Assembly: GCA_963834385.1 (NCBI GenBank)
Contig: CAWIBO010000005.1
Span: forward strand, 640,001 to 704,000
Origin: an uncultured Verrucomicrobiae bacterium
Lineage (GTDB): Bacteria > Verrucomicrobiota > Verrucomicrobiia > Chthoniobacterales > UBA10450
Length of the DNA stretch: 64,000 nucleotides
Direction: 5' to 3'
Below, one piece after another: positions 63,219 to 64,000 of this stretch. The notes beneath the pieces were generated by a model. It saw only the letters and a list, made by a program, of their open reading frames with translations. It did not search any database and was not told the origin of the DNA. A program made the position numbers and the translations under genes. How positions within the stretch are numbered: the stretch's first letter is position 1; the number at the start of each line of letters is the position of its first letter.

Positions 63219-64000
63219 CCCTGCCCCACCGCACCAACATCCGCGGAGGCTGTTCCGCGCGGCTTCGCCCCGTCGGGTCTCTTGCGGAAATGCACCTGGT
63301 TCACCTTGCGGCCGTCCGCCTGGGTGATGGTCAGGAGATAATCCTCAATCTCGACCTTTTCCCCGGGCTTGGGGAGGTGCCCAAGCAGATGGGTGACGTA
63401 GCCGCCAATGGTGCTGACGTCCTGGCTCTCGAGAGTGAGCCCGGCGAGGTCGTGCAGCTCGTAAAGGCCGAGCGCGCCATCGACCACGAACTCGTTCTCG
63501 TTGATCGTGCTGAACTCCGCTTTCTCCGCATCGAACTCGTCCTGGATGTCTCCCACCAGCTCCTCCAGCACGTTTTCCATCGTGACAATGCCGACGGTGC
63601 CGCCGAACTCGTCCACCACGATGGCCAGGTGCACGTGCCGGGTCAGGAAGAGGTTGAGCAGCTTTTCCAGTGACATCATTTCCGGGACCGGGATGAGGTC
63701 GCGTTTCACCTTGAGCAGATCGGCATTTGCTTCCCGCATGAGCGGGACCAGTTCCTTGATGTGGATCAGCCCAATGGTGTTGTCGAGATGCCCGCGACAA
63801 AGCGGGAAGCGGGTGTGCTGCGACTCGATCGCCTTCTTGATGTTCTCCTCGAAATTTTCCTCGATATCGAGGGAGACCACCTGGCCCCGCGGGGTCATGA
63901 TGTCGCGCACGACCCGCCGGCGCAGATCGAGCGCGTTGATCAGGATCTCGCGGCCGAGCGGCGTCACCTCCTCGGCCTGCTCGCTCTCGCCGAGGATAAG
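63215..64000 (-). CDS. Hemolysin-family CBS/CorC protein, C-terminal part (start lies outside the window)
   Basis: [41 protein letters not shown]. Confidence 0.9.
   Translation of the reverse strand, partial: LILGESEQAEEVTPLGREILINALDLRRRVVRDIMTPRGQVVSLDIEENFEENIKKAIESQHTRFPLCRGHLDNTIGLIHIKELVPLMREANADLLKVKRDLIPVPEMMSLEKLLNLFLTRHVHLAIVVDEFGGTVGIVTMENVLEELVGDIQDEFDAEKAEFSTINENEFVVDGALGLYELHDLAGLTLESQDVSTIGGYVTHLLGHLPKPGEKVEIEDYLLTITQADGRKVNQVHFRKRPDGAKPRGTASADVGAVGQG

Overview
GC-rich bacterial chromosomal window made mostly of housekeeping genes. Gene content and protein styles suggest Verrucomicrobiota, possibly Chthoniobacterales-like (inference). It holds phoH with a membrane HD hydrolase, LPS/Kdo genes (hldE kinase, gmhB, kdsB), pyrG, sua5, purK/purE/purB, aroK, queG, a MacAB-like ABC exporter, ribBA-ribH-nusB-ftsY, an opp-type ABC operon with msrB, lipA, recR, a ClpX-like ATPase, a Ser/Thr kinase, glycosyltransferases, an ECF sigma, hemL, tRNA-Arg(ACG) and tRNA-Cys(GCA). 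Several conserved genes carry single-base indels, most likely read/assembly errors. No integrase, transposase or cas gene was recognised. The most notable items are: (1) a 147-bp tandem array behind tRNA-Cys, in which each unit recopies the tRNA 3' end and carries a 74-nt structured module sitting exactly in a tRNA T-loop sequence; (2) a GxxExxY nuclease-fold gene framed by 27-bp inverted repeats and wedged between two ABC permeases; (3) an unannotated 58-aa gene with a sigma54-like promoter, an upstream palindrome and a terminator; (4) a stand-alone PafA-type (Pup/UBact) ligase; (5) an active Deg protease paired with a catalytically degenerate paralog. All calls come from reading the sequence by eye; no searches were run.
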